Source: Vulcanimicrobiota bacterium
GTDB lineage: Bacteria; Vulcanimicrobiota; Xenobia; Xenobiales; JADMJV01
Reading direction: 5' to 3'
Assembly: GCA_017307785.1 (NCBI GenBank)
Contig: JAFKGI010000012.1
Location: forward strand, 1-64,000
DNA length: 64,000 nt
The first letter of the stretch is position 1; each line of letters begins with the position of its first letter. Made by a program: the position numbers and the translations under genes. The notes below the pieces were generated by a model. It had not been told where the DNA came from and made no database searches. It was given only the letters and a program-made list of their open reading frames with translations. Positions 38,446-47,573 of the stretch are shown piece after piece.

Positions 38446-40068
38446 TTAGACTTTGTCGCGCAGACGGCCCTTCACGCGCCAGGCGGTGAAGGCCACGAAG
38501 AGAACTTCGGCGGCGCTGTAGACGGCCACATACTGGACGCCTCCGGTACCGAAGCCGTAGCTGTGCAGGCCCGCCCCGAGCACGAAGTTGACGCCGTACC
38601 AGGCCATCAGGACGCCCTGGAAAGCCAGCACCGACCAGGCGGCGATGCCGAAGGCACCGATCCAGTTGGTGAAGCGGGCGTGCAGGATGGCCAGATAACC
38701 CAGCAGTGCGATCAGAGCCCAGACTTCCTTGGGATCCCAGCCCCAGAAGCGGCCCCAGGAGTAGTTGGCCCAGACGCCACCGAGCAAAGTCCCGGCGGCC
38801 AGCAGAACCACGCCCACCTGGATGGCTTTGTAGAGAGCCGTGTGCAAGGCGGTCAGCTCTTCCTTTTGATCCGGGCCCTGCAGGTGCTTCCACAACACCA
38901 TGTGGCCCAGGCCCATCGAGAGCAGGAAGGCCGCATAGCCCAGGGTGATGGTCAGCACATGGATGGTCAACCAGAAGTTGCTGCGCAACACCGGCATCAG
39001 GGGACGGATGGAGGGGTCGAGAACGGCCGGCAGCTGGTCGGCCAGGGCCAAACAGATGACGGCGCCGCTGCAGGCGGCCATCAGGTAGCTGCGCTGCCGG
39101 TAGAGCAGTTCGAAAATCAAGGCGAAGGTGATGGCGCCAAAGGCAACCCAGATCACCGACTCATACATGTTGGTAACGGGCGGACGGCCGCCAATCGCGC
39201 AGCGCAGGTAGAATCCGTAGGCGTGAAGAGCCCAACCGCCGGCCGCGCCGGCAACACCCAGCCAGTAGAGCGAGGTTCCCCGGGTGGTCAGGAACAGGCA
39301 CACCAGGCTGAACAGATAGAGCATCCAGGCTTTGCGGAAGGGATGGAAGTGATTGTAGTGCACTTCGCGCGACAGCGCGGTGCCGTCCGGGTAGGGACCG
39401 ATGGCCTGAAGTGCGGCCGCCAACTCATTGACGGCCTTCTCTTCGCCGCTTTTGTTGACGACGGCGGTGTGGAAATTCTCGATAGCCTTTTTCAGCTCGG
39501 GCGGCGCGTTCTCAGCGTTCTGCACTTCGTAGAAGTTGGCCCAGGGCGAGGTCAGGGCGTCGGGCGAGGGAACCAGTGTCCAGGAAGCGCCCTTGGAGAT
39601 CATCTCCAGGTAGCCCATCTTGGAGAGCAGGTCGCTCATGGCCGAGAGCCGGTTGGGCACTTTGTCGCCCGGCTTCATCTTGTGCAGCTCTTCGCGGACC
39701 TTGACCACCTCGGGATTGGCGTTGAGTTCGTTCACCGTGAAGTAGCGCTGGTCGACCGGCAGCCCCAAGGTCTTGTGCCAGTCTTTGTTGCGGAACTCGA
39801 TGACGGGCAGTTCGGCCACTTTGGGGCCGGCGGCATACCACTGCAGCATGGTGACCACCGGATCGCGTTTCTCGAACTCGGCCTTGCCGGTGATGTAGCG
39901 CACCGTTTCCAGGGCAAACGTGTCGAAAGGCTTGAGACGTCCCCCCTGCTGCACGGCGAGATAGCGGAAACGGTCCGCCCAGTCCGGCACTTCTTCGGCC
40001 CAGGCCGCCAGCGGAGCCAACAGCAGGCAGAGCAACAAAATCCATCTAGACATCTTCAAAAACCTCAT
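38446..40068 (-). CDS. ccsA: Cytochrome c-type biogenesis protein CcsA/ResC (System II heme handling)
   Basis: WGRFWGWDPKEVWALIALLGYLAILHARF is the Trp-rich WWD heme-handling motif. Polytopic. The start overlaps the ccsB stop by 4 nt. Confidence 0.75.
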   Translation of the reverse strand: MRFLKMSRWILLLCLLLAPLAAWAEEVPDWADRFRYLAVQQGGRLKPFDTFALETVRYITGKAEFEKRDPVVTMLQWYAAGPKVAELPVIEFRNKDWHKTLGLPVDQRYFTVNELNANPEVVKVREELHKMKPGDKVPNRLSAMSDLLSKMGYLEMISKGASWTLVPSPDALTSPWANFYEVQNAENAPPELKKAIENFHTAVVNKSGEEKAVNELAAALQAIGPYPDGTALSREVHYNHFHPFRKAWMLYLFSLVCLFLTTRGTSLYWLGVAGAAGGWALHAYGFYLRCAIGGRPPVTNMYESVIWVAFGAITFALIFELLYRQRSYLMAACSGAVICLALADQLPAVLDPSIRPLMPVLRSNFWLTIHVLTITLGYAAFLLSMGLGHMVLWKHLQGPDQKEELTALHTALYKAIQVGVVLLAAGTLLGGVWANYSWGRFWGWDPKEVWALIALLGYLAILHARFTNWIGAFGIAAWSVLAFQGVLMAWYGVNFVLGAGLHSYGFGTGGVQYVAVYSAAEVLFVAFTAWRVKGRLRDKV

Positions 40069-41771
40069 TCGGAAACACCCCGCCGACCAACATTCACCTT
40101 GTAGGGGCGAGTGATGAACATAATGGCGATACCCATTACCACCATGATCGAACCCAAGTATTTGAGCGCGATTCCAGGGTCTTTGGCTACCGTGAAAATC
40201 GAGTAAGTCGGCTGGCCGGGAACTTCCGAGTAACTGCTCTGGAAGAACTTGTAGCCGCCTTTGACCAGCGGTTCATTCATTTGAATCAGATAGCTCTGGC
40301 CTTCCACTTCCACCTCGCTCTTGAAAGCGGCGGGGCTGTTGGTGCCGGGATCCATGTCCATCTGGAAGTCCTTGAGACGCAGGGGAAAGGCGAGCTCGAT
40401 GCTTTTGTAGGCGTAGCCGACGATCAGCTCTCCGCCTGAATCGGCGTGAATCTGAAGCACGTCGCCGCGCTCCATCCAACGCATTTCGTTCTCCTTGGCT
40501 CCCAGCAGGCGCAACCGAATGGCTGGCGGGGGGGCGGTCTGTTCCGCGCCCTTCTCGACTTCCACGGAAACGAATTCCCGGACTTCGACCGCCTTGGGCA
40601 GAAGTTTGCTGACTTCGAACTGCAGGTTCATCCAGCCGGTCGCCTGCGGCTTGTTGAGGTCGACCGGGTGGGCCGCTTTGTCGTCCACTTTGCCCCAGAG
40701 TTTGCCGTTGGGATCGACGATGAAGCTGAGAACGTGACCTTCGCCGGCCGTATCCCAGGCGTAGAGCAGCTTGGCCGGAATGGCCTCGCCTTTGGAAGCG
40801 GTGCGGGTATTCAGGTCGGGCAGACGCGCGAACAGCAGCCAATCCTGGTAATTGCCCTTGCTGTCGGCGAGGCGAACGTCGAGGCAGGGGTTGACGGGAT
40901 TGTCGCTCTGCGAAACCAACTCGTCTTTCTCGATGACGGCGTGCGGCAGATAGCGCCTCAGGGTGACGGTGAATTCGCCGACCTGGAAGGGCTTGTTGGC
41001 AGAGAGTTCAGAAACGTTGATCTGCAGGGGCTCCCCCGCCACCAGCAACTGGAGTTCGCCGCGCTCGCTGGAGCCGGCCTGGATCAGGCTCTTGAGGTGC
41101 TCCTGGTTGTTGGCGCGCAGCAGGCGGATGCGGGCCGGTCCCAACTGCACGTCGCCCTTACCCGCGGTCAGCCATTCGTGCTGGTCCACGCGCTCGTTGA
41201 AGATGCGCATTTCCAGAGCGGGCACTCCCTGGGGAGCTTCTTTATAGTAGGTGTTGCGCCGGGCGTGGTGGAGATACTCCACCACCTCGGCGGTCACACC
41301 CTCGCCCAGGTTGACCTTCTGGGGTCGACTTTCGCTGGGCGGAGTCCAGCGAAATTCAGCCGGCACTTCCTTGAGTTGAGCGCTCGGGCGCCCCACGAAG
41401 AAAACCGGGTCGTTGAGCATGATCCGCTTGGAGGTCTGCCCTTCCTGGATGATCATCGAGCCGTCCACGCCGGCCACCATCGTAAAGGCGGCGGCTGCGA
41501 GCAGAATCAAGATTCCCAGATGGGTGATGACGAAGCCGGTCTGCTTCTTGCTCCAGGGGTAGCGGATGGCCGTCGAGGTAAAGATGTTGACGAAGAAGAT
41601 GACCAGAAAGACGGCGAATAGAGGGCTTTTGTAGACGAGATGCTGGGCCGTCGCGGTATCGTAGGCGGATTCATAGTAGGTGGCCGAGGCCAGAATCACC
41701 ACAAAAAAAACGAAGAGAATGACGGCCAGCTTGATGGAGGCCAGGAACTTAAATACTTTGTTGCGCTTCAC
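40065..41771 (-). CDS. ccsB: Cytochrome c biogenesis protein CcsB/ResB (Ccs1)
   Basis: ResB-like N-terminal TM segments, large periplasmic domain and C-terminal TM. Paired with ccsA. Confidence 0.7.
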   Translation of the reverse strand: MKRNKVFKFLASIKLAVILFVFFVVILASATYYESAYDTATAQHLVYKSPLFAVFLVIFFVNIFTSTAIRYPWSKKQTGFVITHLGILILLAAAAFTMVAGVDGSMIIQEGQTSKRIMLNDPVFFVGRPSAQLKEVPAEFRWTPPSESRPQKVNLGEGVTAEVVEYLHHARRNTYYKEAPQGVPALEMRIFNERVDQHEWLTAGKGDVQLGPARIRLLRANNQEHLKSLIQAGSSERGELQLLVAGEPLQINVSELSANKPFQVGEFTVTLRRYLPHAVIEKDELVSQSDNPVNPCLDVRLADSKGNYQDWLLFARLPDLNTRTASKGEAIPAKLLYAWDTAGEGHVLSFIVDPNGKLWGKVDDKAAHPVDLNKPQATGWMNLQFEVSKLLPKAVEVREFVSVEVEKGAEQTAPPPAIRLRLLGAKENEMRWMERGDVLQIHADSGGELIVGYAYKSIELAFPLRLKDFQMDMDPGTNSPAAFKSEVEVEGQSYLIQMNEPLVKGGYKFFQSSYSEVPGQPTYSIFTVAKDPGIALKYLGSIMVVMGIAIMFITRPYKVNVGRRGVSE

Positions 41772-41807
41772 TTTGCACCACCGCCAGGGCGGTTGTGCGC
41801 CCGGGCG

Positions 41808-43781
41808 TTATTTCTTTTTGGGCTTCTTCCCGGTTTTCTTGGGAGCTATACTTGCCGGAGCAGATTTTTTCCCAATCGGTACAGCCAGGATTCCGTCCAC
41901 CTCTTTGGTCAGATCATCGGCATAGGCCGGTTGACCTTGAGCCTGGGCCAGGCGTCGGACTTCCTCCAACTGGTTCTTACTGCCCTCGACATCGCCCAAC
42001 TGGGCCAGGGTCAGGGCCAGATTGCCACGCGCCGCCAGCAGTTCGGGCTCCAGGCTGAGCGCCCGGTTGAAGTGGTGCATGGCGGTATCAAATTGACGAA
42101 GTTCGTAATGCGCCAGAGCCAGATTGAAATGGCCTTCGGCGTAGTCCGGCATTTGCTCCAGGGCCTGCTGCAACTGGGCGACCGCGTCCTCGAAGCGGCG
42201 CAGGCGAGCCAGCACGATGCCCAGGTTGTTCCGCGAGTAGACGTCGCGCGGGTCCGAGGCCAGGGCGGCATGGAACCGGTCGGCTGCCTCCTCGAAACGC
42301 TCTAGAGCGGTCAAGACCAGGCCTAGATTGCTCAGCGTGTAGCCGTCGCTGGGCTCGCTGGCCAGAGCCTGCTCAAAAGCCTGAAGGGCCTTGTCGACTT
42401 CACCCAGTTGGTAGCGAGTCAAGGCCAGATGGTTGAGGGCATAGACATCCTGCGGGTCGGCCTGGACGGCCTGCTCAAAACGCTGTCCGGCTTCCGCCAG
42501 ACGACCCAACTGAGACAGAGCCAGGCCCCAGTGGGTGAGCGCGTAGGCGTCGCGATCATCTTGGGCCACGGCAAACGAGAAGTGTTCAATGGCCTCATCG
42601 TACCTGCCCAGCGAGGACAGCGAAAAGCCCAGATTGTTGCGGGCCAGCACGTCACCGGGGTCCACTTCCACGGCCCGCACCAGCACGTCGACGGCTTCCT
42701 GCATGTGACTGGAGCGAATCAGGCAAAGGCCCAGATTGTTGAGGGCGTAGCTGTCGCGGTCGTCGGCGATCAAACTGCGACGGAATTCTTGCTCGGCCTC
42801 GCTGACGCGACCGAGGCTGAGCAGGGCTCGTCCCAGGTTGTTGCGAGCGTAAGAGTCGTGGGGGGAAAGCTCCAAAGCACGACTGTAGTAGCTGACGGCT
42901 TCCTGCCACATCCCCTGCTGGGCGTGGACGCGTCCCAAATTATGGTAAGCAACCGCATCGTCCGGATGCTCTTCGAGGACGGCCCGGAACTGCGCGACGG
43001 CAGCGCTCTGGTCCCCTTGCTTGGCCAGGATACGCCCCAGATTGTTGCGCGCGTAGGCGTCTCCCGAGTCGATCTGCAGGGCCAGCTCAAACTCGCGACG
43101 GGCTTCGTCGATGCGGTCGGTGCGCTCCATCAGCTTGCCCAGGTTATTATGAGCGTAAAGGTCGGTTCGGTCCAACTCGAGTGCGCGACGGAAGCAGCCC
43201 TCGGCGTCCTCCAGTCGATTCTGGCGAGCGTAGACCTGACCCAAATTGTTGTGCGCGTAGACGTCGTCGGCGTTCAACTGGAGAGCCTGCAGATAGTAGG
43301 ACTCCGCCTGATCCAGCTGACCCAGACGCGAATACATCAGCCCCAGGTTGTAGTAGGCCTGAGAGTAGTCGGGAGAGAGTTCGAGGGCCTTCTCCCAGCA
43401 CTCGATCGCCTTGGCGTACTGCGTCTGACGCGCGTAGACCAGGCCGAGATTGTTGTGGGCGTAGGGGTCTCCGGGACGATGCTCAAGCGCCTGGCGATAT
43501 TGATCGGCTGCCTGGCGGAACTTGCCCTGCCCCAGGTAGTACATCCCCAGGAAATACCGCGCTGCCGAGTGAGCGGGGTCCAACTCGACGACCTTGCGCC
43601 AGTGCTTGGCCGCTTTTCCCTGCTCTCCCTGGCGAGCCAGGGCCACGCCCAGATCGAACTGAATGTCGGCCCGGTCGGGGTGCTCTTTCTCCAGATTCCG
43701 TAGCTCTTCTACCGAGGCCACAGACTGGTTTTCGGCGCTGGGCGGGTCTGCTTTGAGGGAACGGGTACGGCGCTTGGTCAT
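41808..43781 (-). CDS. Tetratricopeptide-repeat protein (~17 TPRs)
   Basis: Repeating W-LG-Y....G-Y..A...F..AL...P 34-mers throughout. Start set to the ATG at 43781, because the upstream part of the track ORF is Cys-rich junk. Confidence 0.8.
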   Translation of the reverse strand: MTKRRTRSLKADPPSAENQSVASVEELRNLEKEHPDRADIQFDLGVALARQGEQGKAAKHWRKVVELDPAHSAARYFLGMYYLGQGKFRQAADQYRQALEHRPGDPYAHNNLGLVYARQTQYAKAIECWEKALELSPDYSQAYYNLGLMYSRLGQLDQAESYYLQALQLNADDVYAHNNLGQVYARQNRLEDAEGCFRRALELDRTDLYAHNNLGKLMERTDRIDEARREFELALQIDSGDAYARNNLGRILAKQGDQSAAVAQFRAVLEEHPDDAVAYHNLGRVHAQQGMWQEAVSYYSRALELSPHDSYARNNLGRALLSLGRVSEAEQEFRRSLIADDRDSYALNNLGLCLIRSSHMQEAVDVLVRAVEVDPGDVLARNNLGFSLSSLGRYDEAIEHFSFAVAQDDRDAYALTHWGLALSQLGRLAEAGQRFEQAVQADPQDVYALNHLALTRYQLGEVDKALQAFEQALASEPSDGYTLSNLGLVLTALERFEEAADRFHAALASDPRDVYSRNNLGIVLARLRRFEDAVAQLQQALEQMPDYAEGHFNLALAHYELRQFDTAMHHFNRALSLEPELLAARGNLALTLAQLGDVEGSKNQLEEVRRLAQAQGQPAYADDLTKEVDGILAVPIGKKSAPASIAPKKTGKKPKKK

Positions 43782-43812
43782 TTGCCGCCTTTCGCCTAAA
43801 AAGTTGGCTGTC

Positions 43813-44889
43813 CTACTTAGCCAAAACGTTTTGCAGCAGGTTGCGCACCTTTTCCAGGTCGCCCGCCTCACCGCGCACAAAGAGCACGTTGAGACGATCA
43901 TCCTGGATGACTTCGACATCCGCGACCGCTCGGCGAATTGCCGCCACCAGGTCCTTGGCCGACTTGTCCGGCATCAAAGGAAAATAGTCGCTGACCAGCT
44001 TCAAAGTGCGCGTGCCGGTGTTGTCGGTGGAAACCGGCGGAGGCACGGGCACGGTCGGAACCAGGGTGGCGCCCGCACCGCTGTTATCGCCGAAAACTCG
44101 CAGACGATTGCCCTCAATCTTCATCTCGTAGAGGTCCTGCTGCTTCCCGAGAACCCGGGTAATGGCTTGCGAGAGTGGTACGTCCGTGAACGTATCCGTT
44201 ACTTTACCCTTGACTTCGGGACCCACCTCGGCCTCCAGGCCGGCGGCGCGAGCCATCTCGCGGATGGCCACAGGCAGGTCCTTGTTGACAAAGCTGATGG
44301 TAATGATGCGCTGGTCCACGTTGTTCCGTGCCGGAGCGGGTGTGGGCGGAGTGGGCTGGGCCGGTCGGGCCGGGACATCGTTGTGAGCCACCGGCGGCGG
44401 GGTGGGACGAGGGGCCGGGCGACTGGGAGTGGCGACCGGCTTGACCGGAGGCAAACTGGCAAAACCCTGGACGGCTCCACCTGCGGGCAACTTGGGAGGT
44501 TCGTTGCCCGCGGCCATCTCGCCGGCGGAAATCCGCAGGGTCCAGTTTTTCTTGTCCGCACTGCTGACCCAACTCATCTTCGGACTCTGCAAAGCATAAA
44601 CCGTGACGACCACAACGCCGCTGCCGGGCTTGACCTCGATCTTTTGCAGCACGCCCTTGTCGATGTTCGAGACGGCCTTGCCCTGCCATTCGACCTTGGG
44701 CACGGTGATCTCGAGCCGATGGGGATTCTCCCGCCATTTTTGAGTCACATTCTCGAAGGGCTTATCCTGGGAGAGTTTGACTTCCACTCGGTCACTGGTC
44801 TTGTGAACGTCGACCCCCAGTTTCGGGTCGGCCCAGGCCAGGCCGTTCAAGGCAATAGCAAAAAGAAATCCGGCATGATTACGAGACAA
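43813..44889 (-). CDS. Secreted protein with AMIN-like domain, Pro-rich linker, STN and secretin-N domains but no secretin pore domain
   Basis: Signal peptide. STN-like block ITISFVNKDLPVAIREMARAAGLEAEVGPEVKGKVTDTFTDVPLSQAITRVLG...YEMKIEGNRLRVFG. Secretin_N-like block TLKLVSDYFPLMPDKSAKDLVAAIRR...RLNVLFVRGEAGDLEKVRNLL. The protein ends there at 358 aa. Confidence 0.5.
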   Translation of the reverse strand: MSRNHAGFLFAIALNGLAWADPKLGVDVHKTSDRVEVKLSQDKPFENVTQKWRENPHRLEITVPKVEWQGKAVSNIDKGVLQKIEVKPGSGVVVVTVYALQSPKMSWVSSADKKNWTLRISAGEMAAGNEPPKLPAGGAVQGFASLPPVKPVATPSRPAPRPTPPPVAHNDVPARPAQPTPPTPAPARNNVDQRIITISFVNKDLPVAIREMARAAGLEAEVGPEVKGKVTDTFTDVPLSQAITRVLGKQQDLYEMKIEGNRLRVFGDNSGAGATLVPTVPVPPPVSTDNTGTRTLKLVSDYFPLMPDKSAKDLVAAIRRAVADVEVIQDDRLNVLFVRGEAGDLEKVRNLLQNVLAK

Positions 44890-44930
44890 AGCGGTTAACC
44901 TCCGCGAGTAGATTCGGTGGGCAGGGCCGA

Positions 44931-45254
44931 CTAGGGAGAGGTGACGGGCACCATCTGTCCATTGGGAGTCTGCACGCCGTCAATGGTCTCCAAGCGGAGA
45001 AAATTATTCTGGTCCAGGCGAGCCGAGCAATCGATAATCATCCCGGGCACCAGGGTGGAGGGAATCAGGGCGCCCTCCTTGACGAACACTCGGAGGTACT
45101 GAGCGTCGGGGGAAACCAGCACGAAGTGGTTTGCCTGAACGTAGCCGACGGTGCCGTGTAAGCGCGCGGGCGGATCGAAGATATCCCTGAGAACATCGGC
45201 GTTAGCCGTTCCCATCAGAGTTACCAGCATCAAAAGGCGAACGAACATTTTCAT
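44931..45254 (-). CDS. Small secreted hypothetical protein
   Basis: Start set to MKMFVRLLMLVTLMGTANA (signal peptide). The upstream part of the track ORF is Gly/Arg-rich junk. Confidence 0.4.
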   Translation of the reverse strand: MKMFVRLLMLVTLMGTANADVLRDIFDPPARLHGTVGYVQANHFVLVSPDAQYLRVFVKEGALIPSTLVPGMIIDCSARLDQNNFLRLETIDGVQTPNGQMVPVTSP

Positions 45255-45295
45255 AGCCGCCCTGGTTTCCCCCAGGGAACTGGAATCCCTTTTCT

Positions 45296-46243
45296 TTACC
45301 GATAAGGTGTGACGCGGCTGGGTGCGACCCATTCGTCCGGGTAATCTTGGGCCAGGCCCATCCAGTGGACGAGTACGCCGCGATGGCCCTGTTCCACCAC
45401 CCGCGCCTTCCAATTCGACCCGTCGGCAAAGACGCTCACATAAGCCCCCTCCCCCGCCCGCAGCGGTCGGGCCGTGCGAATCCAGGGAGTGGTATCCGGG
45501 AAGAGCGGAGAGCCGGAGCCGCCTGCCTTCTGGTTCTCGGCGAACTGCATATCCTTTTCCACTTGCTGGGACATCTCGGCCAGGCTGATGACACCATCGC
45601 CGTTGGTATCACAGCGCGGGTCGCCGCCCAGAGCATCGAGCAGACAGTCGGTGAAAGTCCAATTGCCGGTGCTGCTCAGACGAGCGGTCGAGGAGGAGAG
45701 AGCGAAGAAGCCGATGTTGCTGACGTTGCGCCTGGCGGCCAGGCGCATCGCGCCGGAGTGGCAACAGTCCGCCGATAGGAAGACCCGGCTTCCCTTGAAC
45801 AACCGGTTGACGTCGCGTTCGATACCGCGCAGGCCCCACAGCGTGTCTACGTCATAGCCGTCGTAGGGCACCATCCAAAAAGTCCGGTCCGCCTCGTCGC
45901 GATAGCCGTGGCCGGCATAGTAAAGAATCAAGGTGTCGCCGGGACGGCATTTTCCTAGAATCTTCATAAAGGCGTCGTGAATGCCCTGACGGGTTGCATC
46001 CCGGTCCAGCAGCAGAGTCACCTGATCGGGAGGAACGCCCAGCCGCTGATAGGCCAGAGCCAGGCGAACGTCCCGCCGATTGGTTTTGGGAAAGCTTGGA
46101 TAGACGTCGGAACGAGCCCACTCCAGACATCCGACCGCGAACACCCAGGTGCGCTTCGGGTCCAGTCCGTCGGCCGCGGTCGGCCCCTGAGCCCAGGCCC
46201 AGACGGTCAACGCCAGCCAGCAGGCCAACAACCGTCTAATCAC
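45296..46243 (-). CDS. Secreted orthocaspase (peptidase C14, metacaspase-like) with EF-hand-like Ca-binding loop
   Basis: Signal peptide; catalytic His in YYAGHGY and catalytic Cys in DCCHSG, matching the metacaspase dyad context. C-terminal DTNGDGVISLAEM is an EF-hand/dockerin-type loop, followed by a small beta-rich module. Confidence 0.7.
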   Translation of the reverse strand: MIRRLLACWLALTVWAWAQGPTAADGLDPKRTWVFAVGCLEWARSDVYPSFPKTNRRDVRLALAYQRLGVPPDQVTLLLDRDATRQGIHDAFMKILGKCRPGDTLILYYAGHGYRDEADRTFWMVPYDGYDVDTLWGLRGIERDVNRLFKGSRVFLSADCCHSGAMRLAARRNVSNIGFFALSSSTARLSSTGNWTFTDCLLDALGGDPRCDTNGDGVISLAEMSQQVEKDMQFAENQKAGGSGSPLFPDTTPWIRTARPLRAGEGAYVSVFADGSNWKARVVEQGHRGVLVHWMGLAQDYPDEWVAPSRVTPYR

Positions 46244-47573
46244 TCATCACCCAGGTTGCGGCGATTTGAGCTCCCGCCTTGACATTGGTGACATCGCTAT
46301 CGGAGACACGAACCAGCGGATCGGCAACCGCCGCTCCAAACATGTAGGGATCGAAGTCGAAGCGAAAATCCTCGAACTTCCAGCCGTCTTCCAAGGGCAC
46401 CGGAAACTCGGCGTGGGGGATGTGCACGCGGCGCTGCGCCACGTAGCGGTCTTTCACGGCCTCTTCGATGGCCCGCTCCCATGCCAGATCGTCCATTTCC
46501 CAGCCCAGGTAGAGACCCTGACCACCGTAGCCATCGGCCGGCTTCAGAATGGTCTGCTCGCGCTCCTGACGCAGTTTGTCCAGCAGCGGCCCATCCTCGA
46601 CGATGGTGGTCCACGGCACCAGCGAGCGCAAGAAAGTCAGGTCGGATTTGTTCAGCAAAGTCTCAAACTCGGGGCGGTGCACCCAGGAGAGCAGAGACTT
46701 GACGGTCAGCGGCTTGCAGGCAAAGGAGTTGACCACGCACACGGCCTCTTCGCGGTAGGCGTTCAAGAAAGGCCGAGCCGCCTCGGCGTGAGCCAGCAAA
46801 TCTTCCACCAGGACGCGACGATAGACGAGATCGATAACTTTTCCATCGTAGTCGAGCAACTTTCCGTCCCGGTATTCTAGTTCCCGGGGATCGCAAATCA
46901 CCGTTTCGTAGCCGAGACGATTGTAACGCAACTTCAGCAGTTCGAACTCGCTGGCGGTGTTGACCGTGATCCAGTCGACCACGGCAATGCGCGGCTTGCC
47001 CTTGCCGCCCCACTGTTCCCAGGACTTCAAAAGCAAGGGCAGGTCACGGCTATCGGTGGCCAGATAGCGACCGGGGAATTCTTTGGCCAATCGCTTCCAC
47101 AAGGACGTTTTTTTCAGGAGCCGCACGCATTCGTCCATAAAGGCCGCGCCGCCCGGGCTATCCACGTTGAGCTCCACAATCTGATAGCCGATCTCTCCGT
47201 TGGAAAAATCCAGGAAGCCATCCACTCGGGAGATATACTCACCGGCTTTGAGACGGCTGGGCCACTGAATCAGTTGCTGCTCGGTCCGGGAAATTCCCAG
47301 GCGGTCCAGCCATTGAGTGGTGCGCAGAGGCTCTTCGAGCTTGGCCAGCACGCGCACCAGTCGGCGCATCTGATCCTGCAACGGCTTGAGGTGAGCCTGA
47401 CGCATCAAAGCGGGCGCGATGCAGATCGGCAAAGGCTTTCCTTGAAAGAGGATGCCTCGCTTGGTCAGACCCTTTTCAATTTCCGCGTATTCCTGACGGG
47501 TGCCGGCAGGGTCCGCTTCCAGATGCTGCCGAATAAAATCGAATGCTGCTCTACAATAGGGGTCTGGAATCAT
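46236..47573 (-). CDS. Circularly permuted ATP-grasp family enzyme (GSP-synthetase / CP_ATPgrasp-like)
   Basis: The Mg/ATP 'ELN' block (IVELNVDSPGG, ~res 135) lies before the Gly-rich B-loop (TILKPADGYGGQGLYLGW, ~res 340). That is the circularly permuted order. Overlaps the orthocaspase start by 8 nt. Confidence 0.55.
   Translation of the reverse strand: MIPDPYCRAAFDFIRQHLEADPAGTRQEYAEIEKGLTKRGILFQGKPLPICIAPALMRQAHLKPLQDQMRRLVRVLAKLEEPLRTTQWLDRLGISRTEQQLIQWPSRLKAGEYISRVDGFLDFSNGEIGYQIVELNVDSPGGAAFMDECVRLLKKTSLWKRLAKEFPGRYLATDSRDLPLLLKSWEQWGGKGKPRIAVVDWITVNTASEFELLKLRYNRLGYETVICDPRELEYRDGKLLDYDGKVIDLVYRRVLVEDLLAHAEAARPFLNAYREEAVCVVNSFACKPLTVKSLLSWVHRPEFETLLNKSDLTFLRSLVPWTTIVEDGPLLDKLRQEREQTILKPADGYGGQGLYLGWEMDDLAWERAIEEAVKDRYVAQRRVHIPHAEFPVPLEDGWKFEDFRFDFDPYMFGAAVADPLVRVSDSDVTNVKAGAQIAATWVMSD

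Noticed and set aside
43813-44889. Type II/IV secretin (GspD/PilQ)
   Set aside because: Only AMIN, STN and Secretin_N-like N-domains are present. The protein terminates before any secretin C-terminal pore domain and none follows.
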